Under the pieces are notes generated by a model that saw only the letters and a program-made list of their open reading frames with translations, had not been told where the DNA came from and searched no databases. A stretch of 64,000 bases of DNA from Candidatus Limnocylindrales bacterium. GTDB lineage: Bacteria; Moduliflexota; Moduliflexia; Moduliflexales; JAUQPW01. Position 1 is the first letter of the stretch, and the number at the start of each line of letters is the position of its first letter. The DNA is taken from positions 62,001 through 126,000 of the forward strand of contig DATMBG010000022.1 in assembly GCA_035559535.1 (NCBI GenBank). The letters run 5' to 3'. The position numbers were made by a program, and so were the translations under genes. This document shows, in pieces, positions 55,066 through 64,000 of this stretch.

Positions 55066-56795
55066 CGAATCAGATCCGGGAAGTGCTTCATCATCCATTC
55101 GTCGAGGTACTGTTGAATTTCGTTGGAGGTGGTAAAGGATAGAACCTCCTTAGCGACCTTTTCGGCCTGGGAAAGGGTAACGGAGCGGATGACCCTTTTA
55201 ACCTTTAAAAGGGAGTCTGCATTCATACTGAAGCTATCCAATCCCAATCCCAATAAGATGACAGTATATTTAGGATCTCCGGCCATTTCTCCACACATAC
55301 CTACCGGGATATTTTCTTCGTGACCTGCCTTAATAATATGAGCCAGGAGCCTTAAAATGGAAGGATGATAAGGTTCATAGAGGTAGGCTACTTTCTCATT
55401 TTCTCGATCTATGGCCAGGCAATACTGAATGAGGTCATTGGTTCCAATACTAAAGAAATCTACTTCTTTGGCCAGGAAGTCTGCAATAATGGCGGCCGAG
55501 GGAACTTCTACCATGATTCCTACCGGGATATTCTTATCGTAAGGAATCCCTTCTTGATCCAACTCTTCTTTAACTTCGTCAAGAATCGCATTGGCTTTTT
55601 TGAGTTCATCTACACCAGAAATCATGGGATACATAATCTGAAGTTTACCGTATTGACTGGCCCTCAGAATAGCACGGAGTTGAGTTTTAAAAAGATCCTT
55701 ATGGGTCAGACAGAGTCGAATAGCCCGTAGCCCGAGTACGGGATTCTTTTCTCCGGCAATATCTAGCGGAGATAAAACTTTTTCCCCACCCAGATCAATG
55801 GTACGGATAATAGCCGAATTAGGAGCTATACGTTCTGCCAGGGTTTTATAAACCTGGAAGTGCTCTTCTTCCGAGGGGAGGTCGTGGCGGTTCAGGTAGA
55901 GAAACTCCGTGCGATATAATCCTATTCCCTCGGCACCATATTTAAGGGCCAGATCAACTTCTTTTAACAATTCTACATTGGCCAGAAGAGAAACCTTTTG
56001 AAAATCCAGGGTTAAAGCCGGGAGGTCTTTTAATCTTAAAAGTTCGTTAATTTCATAATCATACTGTCGCTGTTTTTCCAGGTAAACTTCGAGAACATCC
56101 GAAGAAGGATTGACAATCACGATCCCCTCCGTCCCATCCACAATGAGCAGATCTCCGGTATCCACGGAAGCATACAAACCAGCTACCCCTACTACAGCCG
56201 GAATTCCCAAAGAATGGGCCATGATTGCACTATGGGAGGTTTTGCTTCCGGCATCGGTTACAAAGCCAATAACCCGTTCTTTAGACATTTGCACGGTATC
56301 CGAAGGAGAGAGGTCATAGGCAACTACAATGACATCTTCTTTCAGGTTATCCAGAGGATTTTCTTCATAACCGATAAGGTTTCTTAGAATGCTGTTTCCT
56401 GCATGGGTTATATCCATTTGACGTTCTCGCAGATACTCTGTTTCCGCATGAGCAAGATTTGCCTTGAATCGATCAATTACTTGTTTTAATGCCCACTCGG
56501 CAGACACCTTATATTTTTTGATATAATTGACAGTCTCCTCCACCAAGGTACTGTCTTCCAGAAGCATCAGGTGGACTTCAATAATTTTAGCCTGTTCATT
56601 ATCCTGACCTTCCAGTTTCTTTTTAACTTCCTCTAAATCAGCTTTTGCCCGTTCTACTGCCTTTCGAAAACGATCCGTTTCCTCCTCTACTTCAGAGTTT
56701 CTAATCCAGGATGGATTAATCTCCAACTCTGGATGATCTAAACGGAAAGCTCTTCCTATAACGATTCCTGGCGCTACGCCGATACCCTTGAACAT
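55062..56795 (-). CDS. ptsI: PTS enzyme I
   Basis: TSHSAIMA phospho-His, GLYRTEFLY, NPVLGLRAIR, SIGTNDLIQY, CGEMAG. Confidence 0.96.
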   Translation of the reverse strand: MFKGIGVAPGIVIGRAFRLDHPELEINPSWIRNSEVEEETDRFRKAVERAKADLEEVKKKLEGQDNEQAKIIEVHLMLLEDSTLVEETVNYIKKYKVSAEWALKQVIDRFKANLAHAETEYLRERQMDITHAGNSILRNLIGYEENPLDNLKEDVIVVAYDLSPSDTVQMSKERVIGFVTDAGSKTSHSAIMAHSLGIPAVVGVAGLYASVDTGDLLIVDGTEGIVIVNPSSDVLEVYLEKQRQYDYEINELLRLKDLPALTLDFQKVSLLANVELLKEVDLALKYGAEGIGLYRTEFLYLNRHDLPSEEEHFQVYKTLAERIAPNSAIIRTIDLGGEKVLSPLDIAGEKNPVLGLRAIRLCLTHKDLFKTQLRAILRASQYGKLQIMYPMISGVDELKKANAILDEVKEELDQEGIPYDKNIPVGIMVEVPSAAIIADFLAKEVDFFSIGTNDLIQYCLAIDRENEKVAYLYEPYHPSILRLLAHIIKAGHEENIPVGMCGEMAGDPKYTVILLGLGLDSFSMNADSLLKVKRVIRSVTLSQAEKVAKEVLSFTTSNEIQQYLDEWMMKHFPDLIR

Positions 56796-56798
56796 GGT

Positions 56799-57068
56799 TT
56801 ATTTCTCCCCAAATCCATTTTCTATGAGTTGGGTCAGTTCCTCTAACATTTCAGAGGCATCTTCCCCTTCTGCCTCTAAAGTGATCCGCGAACCTTTTGC
56901 TGCAGCTAAGGTAAGAACTCCCATAATACTCTTCCCATTCACCTGTTGATCATCTTTCGTCAGAATAAGTTTTGCTTTATATTTATTAGAAGTTTTTACA
57001 AGCATTGCTGCAGCCCTCGCATGTAGACCCAGTTCATTTTTAATTTCAGCCGTACGCTTTTGCTTCAT
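56799..57068 (-). CDS. ptsH: Phosphocarrier HPr
   Basis: NELGLHARAA, NGKSIMG; start trimmed to MKQKRT. Confidence 0.93.
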   Translation of the reverse strand: MKQKRTAEIKNELGLHARAAAMLVKTSNKYKAKLILTKDDQQVNGKSIMGVLTLAAAKGSRITLEAEGEDASEMLEELTQLIENGFGEK

Positions 57069-57832
57069 AAGCCATATGCAAGGATTATACTGGCCAGACC
57101 TACGATAGCTACTTGCCAGTATATGGACCATCCCTGGCGGCTCAATCTACTAAAGAGTAGAATCAAAATAAGGGAACAGAGCTTAAGGATCAGCCGATGA
57201 TCTTCCAGAAAAACGTCTTTAGTGTTCAATTGTAAGGCAGTTATACCTCCTAAGATGGGCAGGGCTATTTGTTTGAAAATCTTGGCCAGACCTGTTAAAT
57301 TCAGTTGCTCAATTTTCTTTGCGGCTAAGTCTTCCTGGGAATATCCCCACATAACTCCCATGACGCGAACCTGCAGGTGAAACAGATTATAAACGATAAA
57401 AAATACCACAGGGCCCAGGAACGCGATACGACCTCCCAGGACCATACAGGTCAGGCCTAAAGCTGCTACAAAGGGCCTTAAGGCTCCCCAGAAGAAAGCA
57501 TCTCCAATGGCTGCATAAGGTCCAGAGGTCATTGTTTTAAAGGAGATGATTTCTTCTTCTGTGGGACGCCCGGTTTGAGCACGCTTTTCTTCCATTTGTG
57601 CTACGGCCCCCAGGATAAAAGATGCAAAATAAGGATGGGTATTAAAAAACCTTAAATGGCGTAAAAAACTTCGCACCCTTTCTTCCGGGGAGGTATAAAG
57701 TTTTTGAAGGATAGGGGCCAATGCAAAAACAAACCCTAAGCTTTGCATACGCTGAAAACTCCAGGACGCCTGGAGAAAAAAAGATCTCAAAATAATTTTA
57801 AATAAATCCCATCGGTTTATCCGTTCTTGCAT
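57065..57832 (-). CDS. PTS mannose/fructose/sorbose family IID
   Basis: RSFFLQASWSFQRMQ, RH..FFNTHP, GP.AAIGDAFFW. Confidence 0.92.
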   Translation of the reverse strand: MQERINRWDLFKIILRSFFLQASWSFQRMQSLGFVFALAPILQKLYTSPEERVRSFLRHLRFFNTHPYFASFILGAVAQMEEKRAQTGRPTEEEIISFKTMTSGPYAAIGDAFFWGALRPFVAALGLTCMVLGGRIAFLGPVVFFIVYNLFHLQVRVMGVMWGYSQEDLAAKKIEQLNLTGLAKIFKQIALPILGGITALQLNTKDVFLEDHRLILKLCSLILILLFSRLSRQGWSIYWQVAIVGLASIILAYGL

Positions 57833-57874
57833 AGGTTTAACCCGGTCAGGAGAAATAAGGAATAAGAATGGTTA

Positions 57875-58672
57875 CTACGGTTTTCCCTTCCAGGTTCTCC
57901 GGATTTTAAGTAAAGGAACTCCTATGGCTATCACTAGACCCATCTCTGGAGGTAACTTTAGACCCTCGACCAAGAACAAACAGAGAAAAAATGCGATGAA
58001 AAAACTACTTAATCCACCGGGTACCTTTAGTAGGTGAAGGGCTGATCCCACACCTAGGGTAAGAAATAAACTATTAAACACCCCGGCGAATCTGACAAAG
58101 CCAGGAGAGGTAAAAAAAGAAATCTGGGTACTCAAGTATAAGAGGCCTTTTTCCAGTAAAAGAATCAAAGTCGTTCCAATCAGGATCAAGGTAAAACCTT
58201 TAAGGAAGAAGATGAGAATGCCACTGAGGTGTTTGAGATTAACCGCGCTGAGATGGCCTTGCAGAACACTGATATCAGCAGATAAAGCCAGTTGATTATT
58301 CAGTTGTCTGACCCAGATATCCGCCCAGACGGTAGCCGGCGCAAATATTATCACCAGGACCAGGCTAAATAGAACAGCAACGGCCGGGCTCCAGAAATGG
58401 AGGCCAAGAATAGCCGTACCTGAACAAATACAGGCTAAAATGGAATTATCGGGGGGTACCACAGCTCCCGCCGGAACATAGGAGGTCCATAGAAGTTGAA
58501 GTAAAGCCCCCGTGATAAGGCCAAGCTGGGGATTATCCAATAACAGGCCTATCAAAGTGGCTGCTATAAGGGGTTGAGAAAGCATAACCTGAAGAACGGC
58601 AACGTTATCTAAAGATAACAGGCCTCCTACCACACTGATCGCTAAAATGTCCGTAATATTAGGGAGTAACAT
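57875..58672 (-). CDS. PTS mannose/fructose/sorbose family IIC
   Basis: LD....Q.MLSQPLIA...G, GA.LQLLW....PAGA.VPPD. Confidence 0.88.
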   Translation of the reverse strand: MLLPNITDILAISVVGGLLSLDNVAVLQVMLSQPLIAATLIGLLLDNPQLGLITGALLQLLWTSYVPAGAVVPPDNSILACICSGTAILGLHFWSPAVAVLFSLVLVIIFAPATVWADIWVRQLNNQLALSADISVLQGHLSAVNLKHLSGILIFFLKGFTLILIGTTLILLLEKGLLYLSTQISFFTSPGFVRFAGVFNSLFLTLGVGSALHLLKVPGGLSSFFIAFFLCLFLVEGLKLPPEMGLVIAIGVPLLKIRRTWKGKP

Positions 58673-59156
58673 TTTTTACCTTCGCCAATACTTTTTGAAA
58701 ACTTGCCGGGTGATCTACTGGCACCATTCTTAAATCGATATCAACGCCACAATCGGTCAATTGCTCAAGAAACTCCAACTCTTCTGGTGTTACAGAGACG
58801 GTCTTGGTAAGGGGGACACCTTGAGGTACCTGCTCGGTAATGCCGATGTTGAGGGATTTAATAGCCAGTCCAGCCTGTACGGCACTCTGTAGATCACGGA
58901 TGCTGCTAAAAAGCAAAAGGATTTTTTCTTGTTTAAACTCTTTTTGGTTAAGTAAGTTAACTATTTCAGAAACCGGAGCAGCACGAAAACAGACCCCTTC
59001 CGGTAAGCTTAAACGCATAATAGTCTGGATCGATGGGTTCTGAGATACGGAATCATTGGCGATAATAATCGAAGTTCCCTTCACATAAGGTAGCCAACTA
59101 CAGATTACCTGTCCGTGAATTAATCGGGCATCGACACGTACCAGCTCCAAAGACAT
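58659..59156 (-). CDS. PTS mannose/fructose/sorbose family IIB
   Basis: RVDARLIHGQV, LNIG, RMVP. Confidence 0.9.
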   Translation of the reverse strand: MSLELVRVDARLIHGQVICSWLPYVKGTSIIIANDSVSQNPSIQTIMRLSLPEGVCFRAAPVSEIVNLLNQKEFKQEKILLLFSSIRDLQSAVQAGLAIKSLNIGITEQVPQGVPLTKTVSVTPEELEFLEQLTDCGVDIDLRMVPVDHPASFQKVLAKVKNVTP

Positions 59157-59161
59157 TTTTT

Positions 59162-59250
59162 AAAGGATAAATAAAAAGCGAAGGACGAAGGATAAAAACC
59201 GCCTTTCCTGTATTTCTGTGTTGGCTTCATCCTTCATCCTTTATCCTTCC
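59162..59250. repeat. Heptamer (AAGGATA/GAAGGAC-type) palindromic array
   Basis: gaaggacgaaggataaa ... ttcatccttcatcctttatccttc. Confidence 0.55.
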
Positions 59251-59260
59251 TCCGGTTGCG

Positions 59261-59662
59261 TTAGCGGTGGAGAAATTCACTGGCGACATGGATACTATTC
59301 TGACCCGTCTTTTTTACAGCACTTGCAAGTTCTTTAAGGGAAATTGTGCCGTTGTTTGTTGTAGCGAGTTTCAACAGCATGGGCAGATTAACTCCGGTAA
59401 TCACTTCAACATGCAACTCATCGAGGAAGGACAGACTGATATTAGAGGGGGTCCCTCCGAACATATCTGTAAAAACCAAAACGCCAGATCCATCATCGAC
59501 TTCCTTAATAGCTTTCCGAATTCTCTCCCTTGCCGAATTAACCCCATCATTTACATCAATGGAGACCGATCTAACACGGGTTAATGGACCCACAATCATC
59601 TCGGCAGCGTGAACAAGTTCTTGAGCAAATTGGCCGTGTGCTACAACGACAGCACCAATCAT
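59261..59662 (-). CDS. PTS mannose family IIA
   Basis: VVAHG, TDMFGGTPSN, TGVNLPML. Confidence 0.93.
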   Translation of the reverse strand: MIGAVVVAHGQFAQELVHAAEMIVGPLTRVRSVSIDVNDGVNSARERIRKAIKEVDDGSGVLVFTDMFGGTPSNISLSFLDELHVEVITGVNLPMLLKLATTNNGTISLKELASAVKKTGQNSIHVASEFLHR

Positions 59663-59799
59663 TATTGATTACAGTCCGCGGTCCGTTGTTACCCTAAAGG
59701 CCCTCTGATAGGCCTGAGTTACTGCAAACAAGCAGGCGAAATTAAGGTCGCTACTCCAAACTTGCAACAGACAACGGACAACGGATAATTCATGAAAGA

Positions 59800-60738
59800 T
59801 CATTGATTTTTAAGTTTTTTATTAAGTTTGTCATTAAGATCTTTGGCCGAATCAAAACCCATTTCCTTTAAAAGCTGGTTCCTTGCTGCAACTTCTACAA
59901 TCATGGCCATATTTCGTCCGGGACCTACCGGCATTTCAATATAAGGTAAATTTACATTTAAAATACTTAATTTTTTTTCTGTAAGACCTAATCGTTCATA
60001 TTCCAGGGAGGATTTCCACTCAACAAACTTAATAACCAAATTTATCTCCTTTTGGTGTGCTACAGAGGCAATTCCGAAGAGATCCTTAATATTAATAATA
60101 CCTAATCCTCGGACTTCCATCAAGTCCTGAAGCAATTCCGAGGCCATTCCGATGAGTTTATTGGGGAAGATCCGCTTGATAAAAACCACGTCATCTGCAA
60201 CCAAACGATGTCCTCTTACAACCAGGTCTAAGGCACACTCACTTTTACCGATCCCACTATCTCCCAACATGAGCACCCCAGCCCCATAAACATCCACCAA
60301 GACCCCGTGCATACTGATAGAAGAAGCCAGACGGTATTCTAGAAAAGCATTGATTTCATTAATGCAGGCTGCACTGGTCATAGAGGTACGCAGAGTGGGA
60401 ATATGGGCTCTATTGGCCTCTTCTAGAAGCTCTTTAGGTACTTCCTGGCCTTTTGTAACGACAATGCAAGAAATGGTCATGTTCATGAAGTCGCGAATCC
60501 TTTTCTTTCGTTCCTCACTGGGTAGCTCAAAGAGGTAGGTAATTTCCGTTTCTCCTAAGACTTGAACCCTATTGGGATGTACGTGCTTAAGAAAACCGGC
60601 AAATGCAAGCCCGGGTTTTTGGATTCGATAGTGACCGATTCTATTTTCAAGACCCTCCTCCCCGGCCAGAATCTCGAACTGAAGAAGCTTTAATCCTTCT
60701 TTTAACTCCCGAACGGTTATACTACTTTCGGTACTCAC
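59800..60738 (-). CDS. hprK: HPr kinase/phosphorylase (start uncertain; GTG at 60738 or in-frame ATG at 60840 inside the repeat)
   Basis: IQKPGLAFAG, HGVLVDVYG.G, GDSGIGKSECALDL..RGHRLVADD, EVRGLGII, PGRN. Confidence 0.93.
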   Translation of the reverse strand: MSTESSITVRELKEGLKLLQFEILAGEEGLENRIGHYRIQKPGLAFAGFLKHVHPNRVQVLGETEITYLFELPSEERKKRIRDFMNMTISCIVVTKGQEVPKELLEEANRAHIPTLRTSMTSAACINEINAFLEYRLASSISMHGVLVDVYGAGVLMLGDSGIGKSECALDLVVRGHRLVADDVVFIKRIFPNKLIGMASELLQDLMEVRGLGIINIKDLFGIASVAHQKEINLVIKFVEWKSSLEYERLGLTEKKLSILNVNLPYIEMPVGPGRNMAMIVEVAARNQLLKEMGFDSAKDLNDKLNKKLKNQ

Positions 60739-60750
60739 TTTAGGAAATAA

Positions 60751-60860
60751 GGAAGTATGGGAGTATGGGAGTATGGGAGTGTGGAAGTGTGGAGGTATAG
60801 GGGTGTAGAAGTAGAGACTCCCATACTCCCATACTCCCATACCCCAACACTCCCAACTCC
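60751..60860. repeat. Palindromic octamer tandem array
   Basis: gggagtat units then ctcccata units between ptsN and hprK. Confidence 0.85.
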
Positions 60861-60867
60861 TAGCTCC

Positions 60868-61329
60868 TTAGTACTTTGCATCTTCTTTAGCAATAATATC
60901 ATAGATCTCTTTTTTTGTTTTAGCCTGAATAAGAGCCGATCGAACTTCAGAATTTTTAAAAAGGCGGGAAATTCGCGCCAGAATTTTTAAATGAACCCCT
61001 GCAGAATTATCCGGAACTAACAATAAAAAGAATAAATAGACGGGTTGTCCATCTAAGGCCTCAAAATCAACCCCTTTTAAACAACGCCCGAAAGCAGCCC
61101 GGGTTTCTTTAAGTCCTCTGGATTTTCCATGGGGAATAGCGATACCCTCTCCAATACCTGTACTTCCCAGCTTTTCTCTTTCTATCAAGCTATTTAAAAC
61201 ACTCTGCTTATCTACATGGGGTACTCGCTGTAGAGCTGCTTCTGTTAATACCTCCAAAACCTCAAGCTTATTCGTAGCCTGAACATCCGGTAGAATAGCT
61301 TCTTCATCGAGAATATCCGTTAATTTCAT
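60868..61329 (-). CDS. ptsN: PTS IIA nitrogen-regulatory protein
   Basis: REKLGSTGIGEGIAIPH, DFEALDGQPV, HLKILARISR. Confidence 0.93.
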   Translation of the reverse strand: MKLTDILDEEAILPDVQATNKLEVLEVLTEAALQRVPHVDKQSVLNSLIEREKLGSTGIGEGIAIPHGKSRGLKETRAAFGRCLKGVDFEALDGQPVYLFFLLLVPDNSAGVHLKILARISRLFKNSEVRSALIQAKTKKEIYDIIAKEDAKY

Positions 61330-61334
61330 TCTAC

Positions 61335-61417
61335 AACGTAAAACGCAAAGCATAAAACGTAAGGAACTATCTTCCCGCGGCTCAACGTTTTACATTTTAC
61401 GTTTTACGTTTTATGCT
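61335..61417. repeat. Heptamer (AAAACGT-type) palindromic array
   Basis: acgtaaaacgcaaagcataaaacgtaa ... acgttttacattttacgttttacgttttatgcttt. Confidence 0.65.
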
Positions 61418-61975
61418 TTACTGGAAAGTGGGTTCAATCAGGCCATAATTGCCGTCATTTCTTCTATAAAGGACGTTAATTTGGTTTGTTTCATGGTTAA
61501 GAAAGACCAGAAAACCATCCTGAGAAAGTCCCATTTGGAGGGTTGCTTCTTCCAGAGACATGGGTTTCACGGCGAACTTTTCCGTTCGAATGACCCGAGG
61601 AGAAAAAGTAGCTCCTTCTTCCGATTCAAATTGAACAGATTCAGAAATAGATTGAGCCACCTTACCCAGGTTTTTAGGAAGCTTTTTTGACTTACGAGAG
61701 GTGATTTTCCCTTTCCGTTTCTTGATTTGTTTTTCAATTTTATCTATAACGCTGTCGATGGCCTGATACATATCTCCGGTTTCTTCTTGACCATGGATTT
61801 TTGTTCTCTTGGCCTGTAAGGTTACCTCTGCCATATGCCGATATTTTTCTACGGAAAGTATGATGTGGGCTTCAACGATATGGAGATACTTCCCCAGTTT
61901 TTCGATCTTGGTTGTTACATACTCTCGAAGTGCATTTGTAATTTCCAGGTGTCGGCCCGTAATGTTAATTTGCAT
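61418..61975 (-). CDS. hpf: Ribosome hibernation promoting factor (long HPF)
   Basis: MQINITGRHLEIT, DMYQAID, C-terminal KPMSLEEA...NVLYRRNDGNYGLIEP. Confidence 0.95.
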   Translation of the reverse strand: MQINITGRHLEITNALREYVTTKIEKLGKYLHIVEAHIILSVEKYRHMAEVTLQAKRTKIHGQEETGDMYQAIDSVIDKIEKQIKKRKGKITSRKSKKLPKNLGKVAQSISESVQFESEEGATFSPRVIRTEKFAVKPMSLEEATLQMGLSQDGFLVFLNHETNQINVLYRRNDGNYGLIEPTFQ

Positions 61976-62094
61976 AGATTTCCCTCCTCCGATGGGTAAC
62001 TGGTCCTTATGTAATGAGTGGCGAGTGAGGAGGAATAAGCGATGAATAAAGTGGCGAGGGGTGAATAGAAAAAGCTTTACCCATCACTCATTAC

Positions 62095-63588
62095 TTAGGA
62101 GGTTTTACGTTTTCGTTTAACTGAAGAGGGAATATTTAGATCTTCCCGGTACTTAGCGATGGTTCTTCGGGCTATTTCAATACCATCTTTCTTTAAAAGA
62201 TCCAGAATTTCCTTATCACTATAAGGATTCGCCGTATCCTCATTTAAAATAATGTTCTTTATTTTTTCTTTCACTGCAATAGAGGAAATATCATTACCGG
62301 AAGTACGGCTTAGCCCACTGTGGAAAAAGAATTTAAGTTCAAAGATTCCCCTCGGCGTATGCATGTATTTATTGGTTGTCACCCGACTGACGGTGGATTC
62401 GTGCATAGAAATATCTTCGGCCACATCGCGTAATACAAGGGGTTTTAAATGGCTGATTCCGTGATCCAGGAACTCGCTTTGAAATTTAATGATACTTTTA
62501 CCCACTTTATAGATGGTTCGTTTACGCTGTTCAATGCTTCGAATGAGCCAGATAGCAGACCGCAGCTTTTGTTCCACATATTGTCGGGTGGATTCGGAGA
62601 CCTCCGCATTGTTGTGTCGAAGGATGCTTTTATAAAGGCTATTGATTCGCAAGCGGGGAATATCTTCTTCATTCAAAACGACTTCGTATTCTGATCCCAT
62701 TTTATAGACGTACAAATCGGGAATAATGTATCGGGTTTTTTCATCAGAATATTCCAACCCGGGCTTGGGATTTAGCTTTTTAAGAATTTTATGAGCCAGT
62801 TTAATATCTTCGACCGTGGTATTAAATTTACTGGCCAGTTCTTGATATTTTCCTCTTACCAGAGGTTCCAGCAAGTTTTCCTGGATAATTTTTTCGATAA
62901 CGGTATTTTGCAGCTTGAGGTGTTGGATCTGAATCAGAAAACACTCCCGATAGTCCCTGGCTCCGACCCCGGCCGGATCAAAATTCTGAATTTTTCTTAA
63001 AACCCTCTCCACATCTTCTACCCGACACAGGGCCTCCTGGGCAATGTCTTCCAAAGGCGTTCGTAAATATCCATCTTCTTCTATATTACCGATAATAAGC
63101 GTACCGATTCGCAGTTCTTCTTCACTGGAGGTAGTCAGTTGAAGTTGCCATATCAGATGGTCGATGAGGGAGGAGGATTTGGTCAGGATATTTTCATAAG
63201 AAGGTCCTTCGCTATCGGGATCCCACTCGGTAAATTCTCCTAACCCACTGGGATTATCTTCAAAATAATCTTCCCAATTAACCAAATCCGATGATTTTTT
63301 TTCCTCGGGTTCTGTTTCCAGGGGCTCTTCCCAGGTGGGAGGGGGACTCTCAATCTGAATAGATGACTCACCGTCTAGTTCTCGCTCGATTTCCTCGATC
63401 CCTATCTTTTCTTGATCCGGTTCATCCTCTAAAGAAACTTCCAACAAAGGATTCTCGATAACTTCTTGCTCAATCATCTCCTTCAGTTCCAATGCAGACA
63501 TTTGCAGCAGTTTAATAGCCTGCTGTAACATGGGCGTCATGACAAGACGCTGAGTCATTTTGAGATTGAGTCTGGTATCCATGATCAT
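62095..63588 (-). CDS. rpoN: RNA polymerase sigma-54 factor
   Basis: MTPMLQQAIKLLQ, ENPLLE, DPAGVGAR, HESTVSR, RpoN box ARRTIAKYR. Confidence 0.97.
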   Translation of the reverse strand: MIMDTRLNLKMTQRLVMTPMLQQAIKLLQMSALELKEMIEQEVIENPLLEVSLEDEPDQEKIGIEEIERELDGESSIQIESPPPTWEEPLETEPEEKKSSDLVNWEDYFEDNPSGLGEFTEWDPDSEGPSYENILTKSSSLIDHLIWQLQLTTSSEEELRIGTLIIGNIEEDGYLRTPLEDIAQEALCRVEDVERVLRKIQNFDPAGVGARDYRECFLIQIQHLKLQNTVIEKIIQENLLEPLVRGKYQELASKFNTTVEDIKLAHKILKKLNPKPGLEYSDEKTRYIIPDLYVYKMGSEYEVVLNEEDIPRLRINSLYKSILRHNNAEVSESTRQYVEQKLRSAIWLIRSIEQRKRTIYKVGKSIIKFQSEFLDHGISHLKPLVLRDVAEDISMHESTVSRVTTNKYMHTPRGIFELKFFFHSGLSRTSGNDISSIAVKEKIKNIILNEDTANPYSDKEILDLLKKDGIEIARRTIAKYREDLNIPSSVKRKRKTS

Positions 63589-63672
63589 AGTACTAAACCA
63601 CTCCAACTTCCATATTCAAAGCTCAAGGTAAAGAATCTTTTACCTTGGGCCTCAAATGATGAAATCTCAAAA

Positions 63673-64000
63673 CTACAATACAAAATCCTCTCCCAAATAA
63701 AGTTCTTTGGCCTTTTTATTAAAAGCCAGTTCTAAAGGAGTTCCTGAAAAACGTATTTCCCCATCAGTGAGAATATAAGCCCGGTCTGTAGTCTTCAAAG
63801 TCTCACGGACATTATGGTCGGTAATTAAAACCCCGATTCCCCGATAAGCTAGTTGGGCGATGATATCTTGGATATCTGCTACCGCCTTGGGATCAATGCC
63901 GGCAAAAGGCTCATCTAACAGAATAAAAGAGGGAGAGGTAACCAACGCTCTGGTAATCTCAACCCGTCGCCGCTCCCCGCCGGAGAGCGTATACGCTTTG
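63673..64000 (-). CDS. lptB: LPS export ABC ATPase (5' part outside window)
   Basis: [38 protein letters not shown]; upstream of rpoN. Confidence 0.93.
   Translation of the reverse strand, partial: KAYTLSGGERRRVEITRALVTSPSFILLDEPFAGIDPKAVADIQDIIAQLAYRGIGVLITDHNVRETLKTTDRAYILTDGEIRFSGTPLELAFNKKAKELYLGEDFVL

Noticed and set aside
1-64000. tRNA, rRNA, tmRNA, integrase or prophage genes
   Set aside because: None recognised by eye; a covariance-model scan would be needed to exclude small RNAs

Overview
64 kb of a diderm (Gram-negative) bacterial chromosome, mostly housekeeping and metabolic genes. No rRNA, tRNA, CRISPR array, prophage or intact transposase was recognised. From left to right: a stand-alone GspD-type secretin plus a lipoprotein; a GT4 glycosyltransferase-queF-trxA run; three tandem paralogues of a small secreted Cys/His protein downstream of a porin and an FG-GAP lipoprotein; a PfkB kinase; an EF-G paralogue; a two-gene molybdo-oxidoreductase (FeS-NrfD fusion plus catalytic subunit); an XPB-like helicase; several catabolic enzymes; rsmD-coaD-relA/spoT followed by an SH3/lysozyme-like gene; mltG, DUF151-PDZ, tatA; an orphan sdhC; typA; and the lptB-rpoN-hpf-ptsN-hprK-mannose-type PTS-ptsH-ptsI cluster. 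Intergenic DNA is rich in palindromic short-tandem-repeat elements, REP/REPIN-like hairpins and MITE-like elements, and some appear to have inserted in frame into genes. The strongest leads are (1) a sigma54 promoter with three phased TGTCA-N3-TGACA sites driving a GGA-rich leader and a shortened FlgZ/CdsZ-like zinc-ribbon protein, and (2) the secreted paralogue triplet beside a porin. All family assignments come from motif recognition by eye, not database searches.
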